From contig CAVTRY010000021.1 of assembly GCA_963737265.1 (NCBI GenBank), positions 224,001-288,000 on the forward strand: 64,000 nt of DNA. Reading direction: 5' to 3'. Source of the stretch: an uncultured delta proteobacterium (GTDB lineage: Bacteria > Myxococcota_A > Polyangia > Fen-1088). Under the pieces are notes generated by a model, which worked only from the letters and a program-made list of their open reading frames with translations, did not search any database and was not told the origin of the DNA. The number at the start of each line of letters is the position of its first letter. Within the stretch, counting starts at the first letter, position 1. The translations under genes were made by a program, and so were the position numbers. Below, one piece after another: positions 1 through 13,295 of the stretch.

Positions 1-151
1 CCAATTCCCAGGATTCGCCGATGGGTCCGGGCGGCAAGGCCGGCCGCCACGTGGCCATGCGCCGCCCACCCCAAACCAGGGGTTGGTAGACCGGATGAAA
101 AATCAAAGGAGCGCGAATGTCCATGGAAACGAAGCCGTTTCTAACCTACTT

Positions 152-1054
152 TCAGGCTCCGAACACGAGTGCTAGCACAAGAACGAGCAGCGAAATCAGG
201 ACTGTTGCGGCGATGGCGGTGCCGACCACTGGCATGTGGCTCTTCGGCACGGAAGAATGGCGTGCATTGATGTCAGCTTTGAGATTCCCATCCGCCTCCC
301 GCATCTGACGCAGGTAGCGTTCCTCGGGATCGACGACGCGCAGCCGCGTACCGCCGACGCGAACGATTTCTCCGTCGTGCAGAGCGCGCGATCCGGTGAG
401 CTTTTGCCCCTCGACCTCGACGCCATTCTTGGACTGGAGATCGCGCACGACAATGCCTTGCGCGCTCCGCTCTAACGCCGCATGTTCGCGTGACACGTCG
501 TCATCTGGCAAGGCCAAGTCGCAATGAGCCCCTCTACCAAGCAGAAAAGCGCGACCACTCGCGGCCAGAACCATCTCGCGGCCCCGCGCCGGGCCCTCCA
601 GAACCACCAGCCGTGCGCACTCGGCGGGCGGACAGGTCTCGAAGATGTCGTGCACGAGGCGGCGCGCGAGCGTGGCGGTGCTCTCCGTCGCCGGCTTCGG
701 CCGAGCGTCGGGAAGCTCGCCTTCGAAGACGACATCGACGCCAGCGACACCGATGGTCTCGCCCAGGGCGACGACCTCGGAGACGTTCGCCGTCAGCCTT
801 CGCTCGCCGAGCCAGGTCCCGTTCGCGCTGCCCAGGTCCTCAAGGCGGTAGCCGCTGTCAGCGCGAAATAGGCGTGCGTGGCGGCCCGAGACGGCGGAGA
901 AAGGCAATTCAATGGTCGCACCCACGTGGCGGCCGATGACGACCTCGCCGGTCTCAAAAGGCACCTCGACCCATCGCTCGTTGACAGGCGAGCTGAGATC
1001 GAACTCTGCACCGGCCCGGGCCGCGCGGGCGCGGATCAGAAACCGCAACAGCAA
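152..1054 (-). CDS. Tandem FHA-domain protein with C-terminal transmembrane helix
   Basis: Two FHA signatures (IGR...VSGRHA...DLGSANGT; LGR...VSREHA...DLQSKNG) and a hydrophobic C-terminus. Confidence 0.9.
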   Translation of the reverse strand: MLLRFLIRARAARAGAEFDLSSPVNERWVEVPFETGEVVIGRHVGATIELPFSAVSGRHARLFRADSGYRLEDLGSANGTWLGERRLTANVSEVVALGETIGVAGVDVVFEGELPDARPKPATESTATLARRLVHDIFETCPPAECARLVVLEGPARGREMVLAASGRAFLLGRGAHCDLALPDDDVSREHAALERSAQGIVVRDLQSKNGVEVEGQKLTGSRALHDGEIVRVGGTRLRVVDPEERYLRQMREADGNLKADINARHSSVPKSHMPVVGTAIAATVLISLLVLVLALVFGA

Positions 1055-1072
1055 CGGGATCCGTCGGACTCG

Positions 1073-1639
1073 TCAGCCCGAGGTGGATGTTGACGTTGCC
1101 GATTGTTCATCCGCCAGCGCGCCCGTGGCCACGCCGGCAGCGGGGTCTGTTACTGGCGCCGCCTCTGTGGCGGCGGGCGCGGGAAGCGGACCAGGATCGA
1201 TGCCGTGCCGCTTGAGGGTCGCCAGGTAATGGTCGCGTTCGGCGATCGCCGCCAGGAGCTTGGCGCGCATCACGTCGTTGTTCTGCTTGAGCCGCCCGAT
1301 CTCGGACAAATCCCGCTGCCGAGTCGAATCGGTTTTCGAGGCTCGCGCGAGCGCCTTGAGGAACTCCGCCTGAGGCACCTCTTGGAACGGCGTCGAGCGA
1401 TACTTGCCCACGTCTACTTTCTCGAGATAGCCCTCGGCCGACAGGCCGAGCAATGCGCGCGAGACGGCCGCTTCGCTTGCCCCGATCGCCATGGAAATGT
1501 CGACCGGGGTGAAGACCTGGCCTGAGCTGGCGAGGCTCTTGAGCTCGTCAAAAAACTCTTGCCGCCCAAGTTTTGTTCCCGAATCCGAACCAGAACCGGA
1601 ACCCGATCGTGCACTGGTGTGACTGCGCTTGAGACTCAT
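1073..1639 (-). CDS. Hypothetical protein with putative winged-HTH and coiled coil
   Basis: FTPVDISMAIGASEAAVSRALLGLSAEGYLEK resembles a wHTH; fits the gap between lgt and the FHA gene. Confidence 0.6.
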   Translation of the reverse strand: MSLKRSHTSARSGSGSGSDSGTKLGRQEFFDELKSLASSGQVFTPVDISMAIGASEAAVSRALLGLSAEGYLEKVDVGKYRSTPFQEVPQAEFLKALARASKTDSTRQRDLSEIGRLKQNNDVMRAKLLAAIAERDHYLATLKRHGIDPGPLPAPAATEAAPVTDPAAGVATGALADEQSATSTSTSG

Positions 1640-1728
1640 ATTCGCCCCCACAAGACAATGACCGTGCCTTTATACATCAATTTGCCACCCGGCGTCCCCT
1701 GGACAAAATTCGTGCAGGGCGACTGTTG

Positions 1729-2814
1729 CTAGCGCCTGCGCTTGCCCCGAGCCTTGCGCCCGGGTTCGGACGACGGCGCGGCGACCGGCAACGGGTGCTC
1801 CCATAGGCGCACAGCGTCCGGATCCGCTTTGAATTTCTTGAGCAGTCGAAAGAGCAAGAAGAGCGCGGCGATCACCGAGACGATGCCGATAAACTGCGAC
1901 GTCGATACTGGCCCTACGGCGCCTCGGTCGGAGTCGCCACGGTAGATCTCGATGATGGGGCGCAAAATTCCGTACCCCATCACCCAACCGAGAAAGACCT
2001 CACCGGAGAATTTGCGCACGTGGCGCAGATACATGAGCAGGCCGAAAAGCGCCAGCCCGGCGAGGGATTCGTAGACCTGGGTCGGATGGACTGGGTAGGA
2101 AAACAGGGACGACTTGTCGAGGCCGGAGTTGCTGACATGGTCGTACCAGGCGGGCGAATCGTGCGGAAACCGGATGGCCCAAGGCAGGTCGGCGCGTTTG
2201 CCATAGTCGCAACCGAAGAGCAGACAACCCACTCGCGTGATGGCCGTCCCGAGAACGACCGAGGGCGCTGCCACGTCCGCCCAGCGAAGCAAATGAATCT
2301 TGCGCTTGTGACAACCATACCAGCTTGCCAGGAAGCCGCCGATCATGCCGCCGTAGGCGACCAGGCCGCCCTTGTTGAGCAGAAAGATATCCAGCGAATT
2401 GGCGAATTCGTGCCATTCGGTGATGATGTACAGCAGCCGCGCGCCGATGATGGACCACACCGCCGTCCACATGTAGATAGCGCCTGCCTGTTCGTTGGGG
2501 ATGCCGTCGTTCTTCGCCAGGCGCAGGGCCAGGAACCACCCCACCACCATCGATGTGCCTAGCATTACGCCGTACGAGAAGATGGGCACGGGCTCCCACG
2601 GTCGCGCCAACATGCCCCCCGAAGGAATCCACCTGCCGCCGCGAAGTCCCAGCAGAAGCCAGGCGCCGAACAACAGGTAGATCGGCGTCGAGGTGCGCGG
2701 CGTTTCGGGATTGCGGCGCCGTGCTCGACGATTCCACAGGGCGCTACCCACGGCCAGCAGCAGCGCCGCGACAAAAAGAAGTTTCGACGGAACATGCGCG
2801 AGGATCGGAAGCAT
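1729..2814 (-). CDS. lgt: Prolipoprotein diacylglyceryl transferase
   Basis: IGARLLY, GGLVAYGG, HPTQVYE, RPIIEIYRGD motifs; start ATG 2814 inferred. Confidence 0.9.
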   Translation of the reverse strand: MLPILAHVPSKLLFVAALLLAVGSALWNRRARRRNPETPRTSTPIYLLFGAWLLLGLRGGRWIPSGGMLARPWEPVPIFSYGVMLGTSMVVGWFLALRLAKNDGIPNEQAGAIYMWTAVWSIIGARLLYIITEWHEFANSLDIFLLNKGGLVAYGGMIGGFLASWYGCHKRKIHLLRWADVAAPSVVLGTAITRVGCLLFGCDYGKRADLPWAIRFPHDSPAWYDHVSNSGLDKSSLFSYPVHPTQVYESLAGLALFGLLMYLRHVRKFSGEVFLGWVMGYGILRPIIEIYRGDSDRGAVGPVSTSQFIGIVSVIAALFLLFRLLKKFKADPDAVRLWEHPLPVAAPSSEPGRKARGKRRR

Positions 2815-2883
2815 CGCGCCCGTTCTAGCAGAAATCGCGGGGTCGAGGCGACCCGCGGGTCGCCCCACCCATGTCCGTCTATC

Positions 2884-2916
2884 CTAGTTCTTTCGCTAGT
2901 TCTTTTCCTAGTTCTT
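2884..2916. repeat. Three copies of CTAGTTCTT at 12-bp period at the dnaK stop
   Basis: ctagttctt-tcg-ctagttctt-ttc-ctagttctt, i.e. AAGAACTAG (K-N-stop) repeated on the minus strand. Confidence 0.7.
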
Positions 2917-4839
2917 CGGCGTTTCGGTGTACTCGGCGTCGATGACGTCGTCCTTCTTGGCTGCGCCGCCGCCGTCGCCGGCTGGTTGGCCTCCGCCTGC
3001 CGCGCCCGCCTGCGCTCCTTCGCTACCGCCCGCGGCTTTGTAGAGCGCCTCGGCCATTTTGTGCGAGGCCTTTTCCAAGCGCTCGAACGCGCCCTTGAAC
3101 ACCTCGGCATCGACGGCCTCGCGGTTCGATTCCAGCGTCGTATGCGCGTCCTTGAGAGCTTCCTCAAGTGCGCCGCGCTCGCCAGCGGGAATCTTGTCCC
3201 TGTTCTCGTCGAAGTGCTTCTGCACGCTGAATTGCAGGCTTTCCAGCCGATTGCGCCCCTCGATAGCCTCGCGCCGCTTCTTGTCTTCCACCTCGTGTTC
3301 CTGCGCCTCGCGGGTCATGCGCTGCACTTCGGCCTCGGACAGGCCGGATGACGCCGTGATGGTGATCTGTTGCGCCTTGCTGGTGGCCTTGTCCTTGGCG
3401 GATACGTTCACGATGCCGTTAGCGTCGATGTCGAAGGTGACCTCGATTTGCGGCACGCCGCGCGGCGACGGCAGGATGCCTTCCAGGCCGAACTTGCCGA
3501 GCAAGCGGTTGTCGTTCGCCATGGGCCGCTCGCCCTGGTACACCTTGACCTCGACCGAGGTCTGATTGTCCGCCGCAGTCGAGAACACCTCGGACTTCTT
3601 GGTCGGAATCGTGGTGTTGCGCGCGATGAGCGTGGTCATCACCCCGCCCAGCGTCTCGATGCCGAGCGACAGCGGCGTCACGTCGAGAAGAAGCATGTCC
3701 TTCACCTCGCCCGACAGCACGCCCGCTTGCACGGCCGCGCCCAGCGCCACGACCTCGTCGGGATTCACGCCCTTGTGCGGCTCCTTGCCGAAGAAGTCCT
3801 TCACCACCTGCTGCACCTTCGGGATGCGAGTCGAGCCGCCCACCAGCACCACCTCGGCGATATCGGATGGCTTCTTGTTGGCGTCCGACAATGCTTTCTT
3901 GGTGGGCGCGATGGTGCGCTGAATGAGGTCGTCCACCATCTGCTCCAGCTTGGCGCGCGACAGTTTTATCTGAAGGTGCTTCGGGCCCGAGGCATCCGCG
4001 GTGAGGAAGGGCAGATTGATTTCGGTTTCCAGCACCTGCGAGAGCTCGATCTTCGCCTTCTCGGCCGCTTCGCGCAGACGCTGGATGACCATCTTGTCCT
4101 TGGAGACGTCGATGCCCTGATCCTTGCGAAACTCGGCGATGAGCCAGTCCATGATGCGCGAATCGATGTCATCGCCACCGAGGTGCGTGTCGCCGTTGGT
4201 GGACACGACCTCGACCACGTTTTCGCCGACTTCGAGAATGGAAATATCGAAGGTGCCGCCACCAAAGTCGTACACGGCGATGAGCTCATCCTTCTTCTTG
4301 TCGAGCCCATAAGCCAGCGCGGCCGCGGTCGGCTCGTTGACGATGCGCTTGACGTCGAGGCCGGCAATACGGCCCGCGTCCTTGGTCGCCTGGCGCTGCG
4401 AATCGTTGAAGTATGCCGGCACCGTGATGACGGCCTCGGTAACCTTCTCGCCCAGGTGATCTTCGGCGGCCTTCTTCAGCTTTCCCAGCACCTTGGCCGA
4501 GACCTCGGGCGGCGTGACCTGCTTGCCGCGAATCTCGAAATCCACCTCGCCGTGGGCGCCACGTATGGACTTGAAGGGCATGCGCTTGATGTCCTCCGCG
4601 GCCTCTTCGAACCTGCGTCCCATGAAGCGCTTGGCGGAGAACACCGTGTTCTCCGGGTTGGTAATGGCTTGCCGGCGCGCAATCTGGCCGACCAGAACCT
4701 CGCCCTTGTCGTCCCATGCCACGACCGACGGGGTCAGCCGCCCGCCTTCCTCGTTCGCGATGACCTTGGGCTCTTTGCCGTCCATGATGGCAACGACAGA
4801 GTTGGTTGTCCCGAGGTCGATTCCGATTATCTTTCCCAT
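2908..4839 (-). CDS. dnaK: Chaperone DnaK (Hsp70)
   Basis: [35 protein letters not shown] motifs; 643 aa. Confidence 0.99.
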   Translation of the reverse strand: MGKIIGIDLGTTNSVVAIMDGKEPKVIANEEGGRLTPSVVAWDDKGEVLVGQIARRQAITNPENTVFSAKRFMGRRFEEAAEDIKRMPFKSIRGAHGEVDFEIRGKQVTPPEVSAKVLGKLKKAAEDHLGEKVTEAVITVPAYFNDSQRQATKDAGRIAGLDVKRIVNEPTAAALAYGLDKKKDELIAVYDFGGGTFDISILEVGENVVEVVSTNGDTHLGGDDIDSRIMDWLIAEFRKDQGIDVSKDKMVIQRLREAAEKAKIELSQVLETEINLPFLTADASGPKHLQIKLSRAKLEQMVDDLIQRTIAPTKKALSDANKKPSDIAEVVLVGGSTRIPKVQQVVKDFFGKEPHKGVNPDEVVALGAAVQAGVLSGEVKDMLLLDVTPLSLGIETLGGVMTTLIARNTTIPTKKSEVFSTAADNQTSVEVKVYQGERPMANDNRLLGKFGLEGILPSPRGVPQIEVTFDIDANGIVNVSAKDKATSKAQQITITASSGLSEAEVQRMTREAQEHEVEDKKRREAIEGRNRLESLQFSVQKHFDENRDKIPAGERGALEEALKDAHTTLESNREAVDAEVFKGAFERLEKASHKMAEALYKAAGGSEGAQAGAAGGGQPAGDGGGAAKKDDVIDAEYTETPKN

Positions 4840-4934
4840 GATTTAGGTCCCTTTGTGCTTGTGTCAGAGGCGAAGCGTAACGTCCGCAACAAGAGGTAAG
4901 CACCTCACCCCGTGGGTCAAGCGCCCCAGCAAGA

Positions 4935-6230
4935 TCAGGGGCGTCGCGAGCCCTGCTTGCCGATGTCGAGATCGGGCCGCAAACCCATGGCACGGGCCAG
5001 GCGAAACAGCCCTTCCATCGCGACGGTTCCGGGAAACACCACCGAGCGGATCTCGACGCGGTCGAGCGCGCGATCGAGCAGGCGCGTAGGCGCGCCCGAG
5101 CCACGCAGCCAACGGGAACGTCCGCCATCCATCGCCGGAGAAATGACCAACATGACCGCGAGGGCCAGTGCCGCCGCCATACGCGCCCGGCCAAGCTTGC
5201 CCGACACGTGCACGAGTCCCGCACAGGCGAAGACGCCGCTGACCAGAATCGCCACTGGCAAGGCTGGACGTGTGGGCTCAAGCAAGGTGGAAAACCGTTC
5301 GGGCGAATGCGCGAAGAACAGAGACGTTATCAGGGTGAGGGCAAGCCAGGCCGACACCAGCGGCGCCCGGGTGGCCAGCACGAAGATGCCGACCGCGGCG
5401 AGAATACCACCGACCACCCCAAGCTCGTCGCCGAGCTCAAGTGCTATGGCTAAAAACCCATGGCCACCAGGGGCGGCCGTAGGTGCCAGCTTGGCAAGCA
5501 GCCGGCCCATGGACACCGGCGTGGCCGCGCCAGCCACGCTCGCCAGCGCCGAGCCGCCCCAAACCGCCACCAAGCAAAGCGGAGCAAGAAGCGGCCAACG
5601 CGCCCCCTTGCGCAGCGACCACAGCGACATCCCGACCAAGGGCGGCCACAACAGCAGCCCAGCCATCGGGTCTACACCCGCCGCCAGCCCCGCGATCCCC
5701 GCCAACGCATAGCCAGACGCACTGCTGCCCGTTTCATGCAGAAGCGAAAGGCCAGCCAAAAGGCCGCCCGCCACGACCAGCAGAGTTGCCGACGCGCTAC
5801 CCGCGGTTGTGCCGACATCGAAGGTCGCCAGAGCAAGCGTCGACGCAAAGACCGCACCCGCGACGGCGATGGGTTCGTGGAGAAAATCGCGCGCCTCTTG
5901 CCGTGCATTGACCGGCGGACGCAGAACCACGATCGCGTCCAGGCACAAACGGCCAACCAGTGCCACGGCGATGGCACACAGAAAGGCCGACGCGAGATTG
6001 GAGCGAAAGGGCGTGTCTCCCAGCGGTACGTACTCAATCACTCGCATGGCAAGCACAGCGAACGGCGTGGTCTGCGTCGTGGTATCGCGCGCGATCCCGG
6101 CCGCGACTTGGGACGCCACCTCGACCCGCGCGAGGCCAAGCGGCATGGACAGGGCATAGAGCACCAGCGCACCGGCAAACAACCCCGGAGCGAGCGCGGG
6201 CCAGGCGCGGCCCTTGGCAGCCTTGTCCAT
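4935..6230 (-). CDS. Multi-pass membrane protein, possibly DUF2723/GT-C-like
   Basis: Many hydrophobic segments; PLGDTPFRSNLASA resembles the DUF2723 N-terminal region. Confidence 0.6.
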   Translation of the reverse strand: MDKAAKGRAWPALAPGLFAGALVLYALSMPLGLARVEVASQVAAGIARDTTTQTTPFAVLAMRVIEYVPLGDTPFRSNLASAFLCAIAVALVGRLCLDAIVVLRPPVNARQEARDFLHEPIAVAGAVFASTLALATFDVGTTAGSASATLLVVAGGLLAGLSLLHETGSSASGYALAGIAGLAAGVDPMAGLLLWPPLVGMSLWSLRKGARWPLLAPLCLVAVWGGSALASVAGAATPVSMGRLLAKLAPTAAPGGHGFLAIALELGDELGVVGGILAAVGIFVLATRAPLVSAWLALTLITSLFFAHSPERFSTLLEPTRPALPVAILVSGVFACAGLVHVSGKLGRARMAAALALAVMLVISPAMDGGRSRWLRGSGAPTRLLDRALDRVEIRSVVFPGTVAMEGLFRLARAMGLRPDLDIGKQGSRRP

Positions 6231-6326
6231 TCCCGCGATCTCACGCGAAAGCGAGGCAGAAGTCGAGCAAGTCGAGAATGTCCTTGTTTATTGACGAAGG
6301 CCGGCTCACCCGGTATCCCGGAAGGA

Positions 6327-7289
6327 GTGCACACCGTTCTGGGACGCCACCAAATCCTCGCCAACCTGGGGCGAGCCTTGCGCGCGCCCGCGGTCGCGAT
6401 TGGCAACTTCGACGGCGTGCACCTCGGCCATCGGGCATTGCTCGATGAGGCAAGGGTGGTTGCGCGCTCGGCCGGTGGCGAAGCCGTGGCCTTGACGTTC
6501 GATCCACACCCCGCACGATTTTTCGCTCCCAAGCTGGCGCCGCCCATGCTGGCGCCGCTCGAACGCAGAATCGAGCTTTTGCACGACGCCGGGGCAGACG
6601 TGGTGCTGGTCGAGCCTTTCACTGCGGAATTCGCCGCGCTGCCCGCCGAGACTTTCGTCGAGCAGGTGTTGGCCAAGGACATTGGCGCGCAACACGTGGT
6701 GGTGGGCGCGGATTTCAGTTTTGGGAAGGATCGACGCGGCAGTATCGGCGTCCTCGCCAGCCTGGGCCAGCGCCTGGGCATCGGCCTATCCGTCGTTCCC
6801 CAGGTCACGGCGAGTGGACTCGTCTGCTCGTCGACGAAGATCCGCGAGTTCGTCCTTGAAGGGCGGGTGGAGGGAGCCAGCCTACTGCTTGGCCGTCCGT
6901 TTGAAATCGACGGCACCATCGTCCACGGCCTTGGGCGTGGGCGAACCCTGGGAGTGCCAACCGCCAACCTCAGGCAGGAGGGGGAAATCCTGCCCAAGCC
7001 CGGCGTGTACGCGGGTCGAGCGAGCCACCTTAGCGGCAACGGCACAGAAGCTTCCACTTGGTTCGCCGCCGCAATCAGCATCGGTGACAACCCAACCTTT
7101 GCCGCCAAGGGCGAGCCTGAGCTGCTCCTCGAAGCGCATTTGCTCGATTTCACGGGTGACCTCTACGACACGCGCATGCGCCTGGCCTTTCTTGCCCACC
7201 TGCGCGAACAGCGACGGTTTGCCTCGGTGGACGAGCTAGTCGCCGAGATAGGGCGCGACATCGCGCGGGTCAGGGAGATTTGCACATGA
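6327..7289 (+). CDS. ribF: Bifunctional riboflavin kinase/FAD synthetase
   Basis: IGNFDGVHLGH, SSTKIR, GRTLGVPTAN, EAHLLDF motifs; GTG start inferred. Confidence 0.97.
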   Translation: MHTVLGRHQILANLGRALRAPAVAIGNFDGVHLGHRALLDEARVVARSAGGEAVALTFDPHPARFFAPKLAPPMLAPLERRIELLHDAGADVVLVEPFTAEFAALPAETFVEQVLAKDIGAQHVVVGADFSFGKDRRGSIGVLASLGQRLGIGLSVVPQVTASGLVCSSTKIREFVLEGRVEGASLLLGRPFEIDGTIVHGLGRGRTLGVPTANLRQEGEILPKPGVYAGRASHLSGNGTEASTWFAAAISIGDNPTFAAKGEPELLLEAHLLDFTGDLYDTRMRLAFLAHLREQRRFASVDELVAEIGRDIARVREICT

Positions 7290-7765
7290 CCACGGATCGT
7301 CTTTACGAAACCGAGACCATGGCCGAGCTGTGCGCTCGCCAAGGCCGCATCGGCGAAGCCATTTCCATCTACCGCTCGCTCGCCGAGAGCGGACCGGACA
7401 CGGTCACGCGCACGCGCGCCCGGACACGCCTAGCGACGCTCGAATCGACCTGGCAGCCGCTGCGCGAGACCGAAGTCCCGCCCGCCGATATTCCGCTTCC
7501 CACCGAACCGGGCGTGGCGGTTCTGGTCGGCGACGATCAGGTGACCGTGGCGTGGGCGTTACCGAGCGAAACGTCGCCATTGGCGCTGGATGTCCTCGTC
7601 CTGCAAAAGACGAGCGCGGGCGTCGATGCGCAAAAAAAGCTGCTGCCCCTGGCTACCGCCACTGGCCGAATTGGCCTTTCGGTCCCTGGCATTCACTCTG
7701 CTGTCGCGGCCGCGGGAACCGTGCGCGCCGGCCGCTTCGTTCCTCTCGCCCGTTCAGGCAGCTAG
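7286..7765 (+). CDS. Hypothetical protein with TPR-like N-terminus
   Basis: TETMAELCARQGRIGEAISIYRSL; ATGA overlap with the ribF stop. Confidence 0.7.
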   Translation: MTTDRLYETETMAELCARQGRIGEAISIYRSLAESGPDTVTRTRARTRLATLESTWQPLRETEVPPADIPLPTEPGVAVLVGDDQVTVAWALPSETSPLALDVLVLQKTSAGVDAQKKLLPLATATGRIGLSVPGIHSAVAAAGTVRAGRFVPLARSGS

Positions 7766-7774
7766 AAACAGGCC

Positions 7775-7905
7775 TCAGGCTTCGGGCTTCAGGCTTCTTG
7801 TCTGGTCGACCTCGTCGCGCCCCTTCGCCGTCAGGTCGAGGTAGCGATAGGCGGTGTTCAGCATGTCCACGCTGCGGGCGTAGGTTGAATAGGTGTGGAT
7901 GATGA
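7775..7905 (-). pseudogene. C-terminal remnant of a DUF899 family gene
   Basis: Minus-strand translation HTYSTYARSVDMLNTAYRYLDLTAKGRDE matches the DUF899 C-terminal pattern; no N-terminus present. Confidence 0.65.
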
Positions 7906-7989
7906 GCAAAGGTTACGGTGTGATCGCGCCGTCCAGCAAATCCGCTTCCTTCGTGCGCATCTCCGTGACACGTTCTAGCTCTAACCATC

Positions 7990-10336
<2,347 letters not shown>

Positions 10337-10400
10337 CCTGGAAACCTACGCCAACGCGACTTAGATCGACCTCCGCTGAACTCGGCTATACTGCGGCGCC

Positions 10401-12005
10401 ATGATTCGTAGAACCGTCGTCCCGTTGGTGCTAACTGCGGTCACCTTGGGCGGAAGCGCCTGCACCATTCTGGTGCAAATCCCCACCACGCCACGGCTGC
10501 AAGGGCTGACCGAGGCGCAAGTCTTTTCCATGGCGCCACCGCCCGAATGGCCGGTTCCTCAACCAGACAATCCCGCCACCGCCGCCGTCGACGTAGCGTG
10601 CGGGGTTGGTCCGCTGCCCACCGACGGCTACCTATACGCGGCGGTCAGCGTGCGCGGCCGGCCCCCGACCGCAGCGTTGGCGCCGCTGAATGTCGCGCTA
10701 GTTTTGGATCGATCGGGTTCCATGGCCGGCGACCCGTTCCGCAACATGGTGGGTGCCGCAGAAACCTTCGTGAATCAGCTGCGCGACGGCGATCGCGTGT
10801 CCGTGATTGCCTTCTCCGACGGTGTTTTCGAGGCCGTTCCTTCGATGGTCATCGATCCCAATACCCGCAACCTGGCCATCGCCAGTATTCGCAGTCTACG
10901 CGACGGCGGCGGAACGAACTTTTCCGGCGGTCTTTTGGCCGGGCTCTTCGAAGTGTTCAGCGCCTTCCAGTTTTGGCAGGTCAACCAAGTGATCCTTTTC
11001 TCCGACGGACAACCCAACATCGGCATCACCAGCGCCGGTGAGCTGGCTCGCATCGCAGAGCTCGCCGCGGAGTCCGGCGTCAGCGTGACGACCATCGGCT
11101 TCGGCCAGGAGCACGACGAAATCCTCATGCAAGGCATCGCCGACGCCTCGGGCGGCTATTATTATTACGTCGATAAGCCTGGGGACTTCGCGCAGATCTT
11201 CCAGCGCGAGGCCGGCGCCATCCTACGCAGCGCCGCGCGCGCCACCGAGGTCGCGTTCACAGTTCCACCGGGCACCCAGGTCGAGGATGTCATCGGTTAT
11301 GACTACATCGTTGCTGGCGGCACCATTTGGGTTCGCATGGGCAGCATTCCGCACGGCGAAGAACGCTACGTCGTATTCAAGATGCGCTCGGGCGGGCAGG
11401 GCCACATGCCGATGAACATCGTCTACGCGGATCTGGCCCGCCGCGGCCGTTTTGGGGTTTCGTGCAGCTCGCGATTCGACGCCAAGCACGGCGGCAGCGA
11501 CGCGTGGGCGCTGGAGCTCGCCGGCCGAGCCGAGGCTGCGTGGGGCTTGCAAGAGGCGATGGCGTGGGCCGATGCGGGCAGCGAGGTGTTCGTGATTTCT
11601 CAGCTCGGTTACACCCGCGGTATCATCGCCAGCATGCGCGACGTGCTGGGGCAGCAAGCCCTGGCCGAGGAAGACAAGATGCTCCTCAATGCGCAGGTAG
11701 AGCTTGGCCTCAATGTCGCCGAGGGTGCCAAGACCTCGTTCATGAGCGGCGGCGTGAACGGCCTGCTCAACTTCGGCGCCCACCAAGCCGTCAGCAACGC
11801 TACCACGGCTGTCGCCTACAAGATCGACCATTCCTTCCGCGCGCGCATCCGCCCGACTGTAGCCGTCACCTTCCAGGGCAGCCCCGGCACGCGCTACGTC
11901 GCGCACGGCACGACCTACAAGCCGCGCGATCGCGACGCCAGCATCCGCTTCAAGCGCGCGCGCTGGAAGAGCTACGAAATGATGCGCGTGCGGCCACAGC
12001 ACTAG
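10401..12005 (+). CDS. VWA-domain lipoprotein
   Basis: Signal with GSAC lipobox; MIDAS DRSGS, GGTN, SDGQPN. Confidence 0.85.
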   Translation: MIRRTVVPLVLTAVTLGGSACTILVQIPTTPRLQGLTEAQVFSMAPPPEWPVPQPDNPATAAVDVACGVGPLPTDGYLYAAVSVRGRPPTAALAPLNVALVLDRSGSMAGDPFRNMVGAAETFVNQLRDGDRVSVIAFSDGVFEAVPSMVIDPNTRNLAIASIRSLRDGGGTNFSGGLLAGLFEVFSAFQFWQVNQVILFSDGQPNIGITSAGELARIAELAAESGVSVTTIGFGQEHDEILMQGIADASGGYYYYVDKPGDFAQIFQREAGAILRSAARATEVAFTVPPGTQVEDVIGYDYIVAGGTIWVRMGSIPHGEERYVVFKMRSGGQGHMPMNIVYADLARRGRFGVSCSSRFDAKHGGSDAWALELAGRAEAAWGLQEAMAWADAGSEVFVISQLGYTRGIIASMRDVLGQQALAEEDKMLLNAQVELGLNVAEGAKTSFMSGGVNGLLNFGAHQAVSNATTAVAYKIDHSFRARIRPTVAVTFQGSPGTRYVAHGTTYKPRDRDASIRFKRARWKSYEMMRVRPQH

Positions 12006-12033
12006 GCCTCCGCAAAAGGAGAAATCGTAGACG

Positions 12034-12696
12034 ATGCGCGGTTCGCTGCGGTTGCTTTTCCGCGACGAACACCTGGTCGTCGCGGACAAGCCCGCCGGGC
12101 TGGCGGTCCATCGCGGCTGGGCGCCAGAGCGCGACGTGGCGATGGTCCGCGTCCGCGATGCGCTGGGCGTGCACGTGTATCCCGTGCATCGCCTCGACCG
12201 CGGCACGAGTGGCACGCTGGTGTTCGCCCTGTCGTCAGAAGTCGCAGGTCTCTTCGCACAGCTGTTTGCGACGGGCGCGGTAGAGAAGACCTATCTAGCG
12301 CTGGTGCGTTCGGTACCGCCTGAAAATGGCGTCATCGATCATCCGTTGCCGCCCGGCGAGGCTCGCGGCGAAGCTCGGGTGCCCGCGCGTACCGCGTTCA
12401 TTCGCCGCGAGGTCTTCGGCCGCTACAGCCTGGTCGAAGCCAGGCCCGAGACCGGCCGCTTGCACCAGATCCGCCGCCATCTCAAGCACATCGCGTGCCC
12501 CATCATCGGCGATGTCCGCTATGGCAAGGGCGAACACAATCGCCTCTTTCGCGAGACCTTCGATCTGCACCGCATGTTCTTGCACGCAGCCCGCATCCGC
12601 TTCCCGCACCCCGTGACCGGCGCCATGCTCGACATGCACGCGCCGCTGCCGCCGGAGCTAGAAGCGACGTTGGCGCGCTTGCGCGCGAGACGTTAG
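12034..12696 (+). CDS. RluA/TruC family pseudouridine synthase
   Basis: DKPAGLAVH, HRLDRGTSG, TGRLHQIRRH, PIIGDVRYG. Confidence 0.95.
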   Translation: MRGSLRLLFRDEHLVVADKPAGLAVHRGWAPERDVAMVRVRDALGVHVYPVHRLDRGTSGTLVFALSSEVAGLFAQLFATGAVEKTYLALVRSVPPENGVIDHPLPPGEARGEARVPARTAFIRREVFGRYSLVEARPETGRLHQIRRHLKHIACPIIGDVRYGKGEHNRLFRETFDLHRMFLHAARIRFPHPVTGAMLDMHAPLPPELEATLARLRARR

Positions 12697-13295
12697 GTCA
12701 ACGCGACCCGCAGGGCTTCCGCCAAGGCGCGGAAGGCCGCCGCTCGATGGGACAGTTGGTTCTTCTGCGCAAGGCCGATTTCGGCCATGGTTTGGCCCAA
12801 GGGCGGAATCCAGAACAGCGGGTCGTAGCCGAAGCCGCCGCTGCCACGCGGGCTGAAGAGCAGAATCCCCTCGCAGGCGCCCGAGCGTACGACCTCCAGA
12901 CTTCGTCCGGCATCCACGAAGGCAGCGGCGCAGCGATAGCGAACCGTGCGCTTTTCCGCTGGTACCAACGCCATCTCGCGCAACATCTTCTCGTTGTTGC
13001 GAGCGTCGTCGCACGGTTCGCCGGCCCAGCGCGCGGAGCGCACACCGGGCGCCCCGCCGAGCGCGTCCACTTCAATACCCGAATCGTCGGCAATCGCCGG
13101 CAGGTGGCAGGCCACGGCGGCCTGACGTGCCTTGGCGATGGCATTGTCCTCGAAGGTGTCTTCGTTCTCGATTAGCTCGGCGTCAGGCGCCACGTCGTCG
13201 ATAGTAACCGCATCCAGGTCGAGGCCGGCTTCGGCCAGCAGCACGGAGATCTCACGCAACTTGTGCCCGTTGCGCGTGGCGACAACGATCTTCAC
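12693..13295 (-). CDS. rdgB: Non-canonical purine NTP pyrophosphatase (HAM1)
   Basis: [23 protein letters not shown] motifs; coupled to rph. Confidence 0.97.
   Translation of the reverse strand: MKIVVATRNGHKLREISVLLAEAGLDLDAVTIDDVAPDAELIENEDTFEDNAIAKARQAAVACHLPAIADDSGIEVDALGGAPGVRSARWAGEPCDDARNNEKMLREMALVPAEKRTVRYRCAAAFVDAGRSLEVVRSGACEGILLFSPRGSGGFGYDPLFWIPPLGQTMAEIGLAQKNQLSHRAAAFRALAEALRVALT

Noticed and set aside
7768-7800. Short CAGGCTT-like heptamer repeats
   Set aside because: Only about three degenerate copies; no function can be supported.
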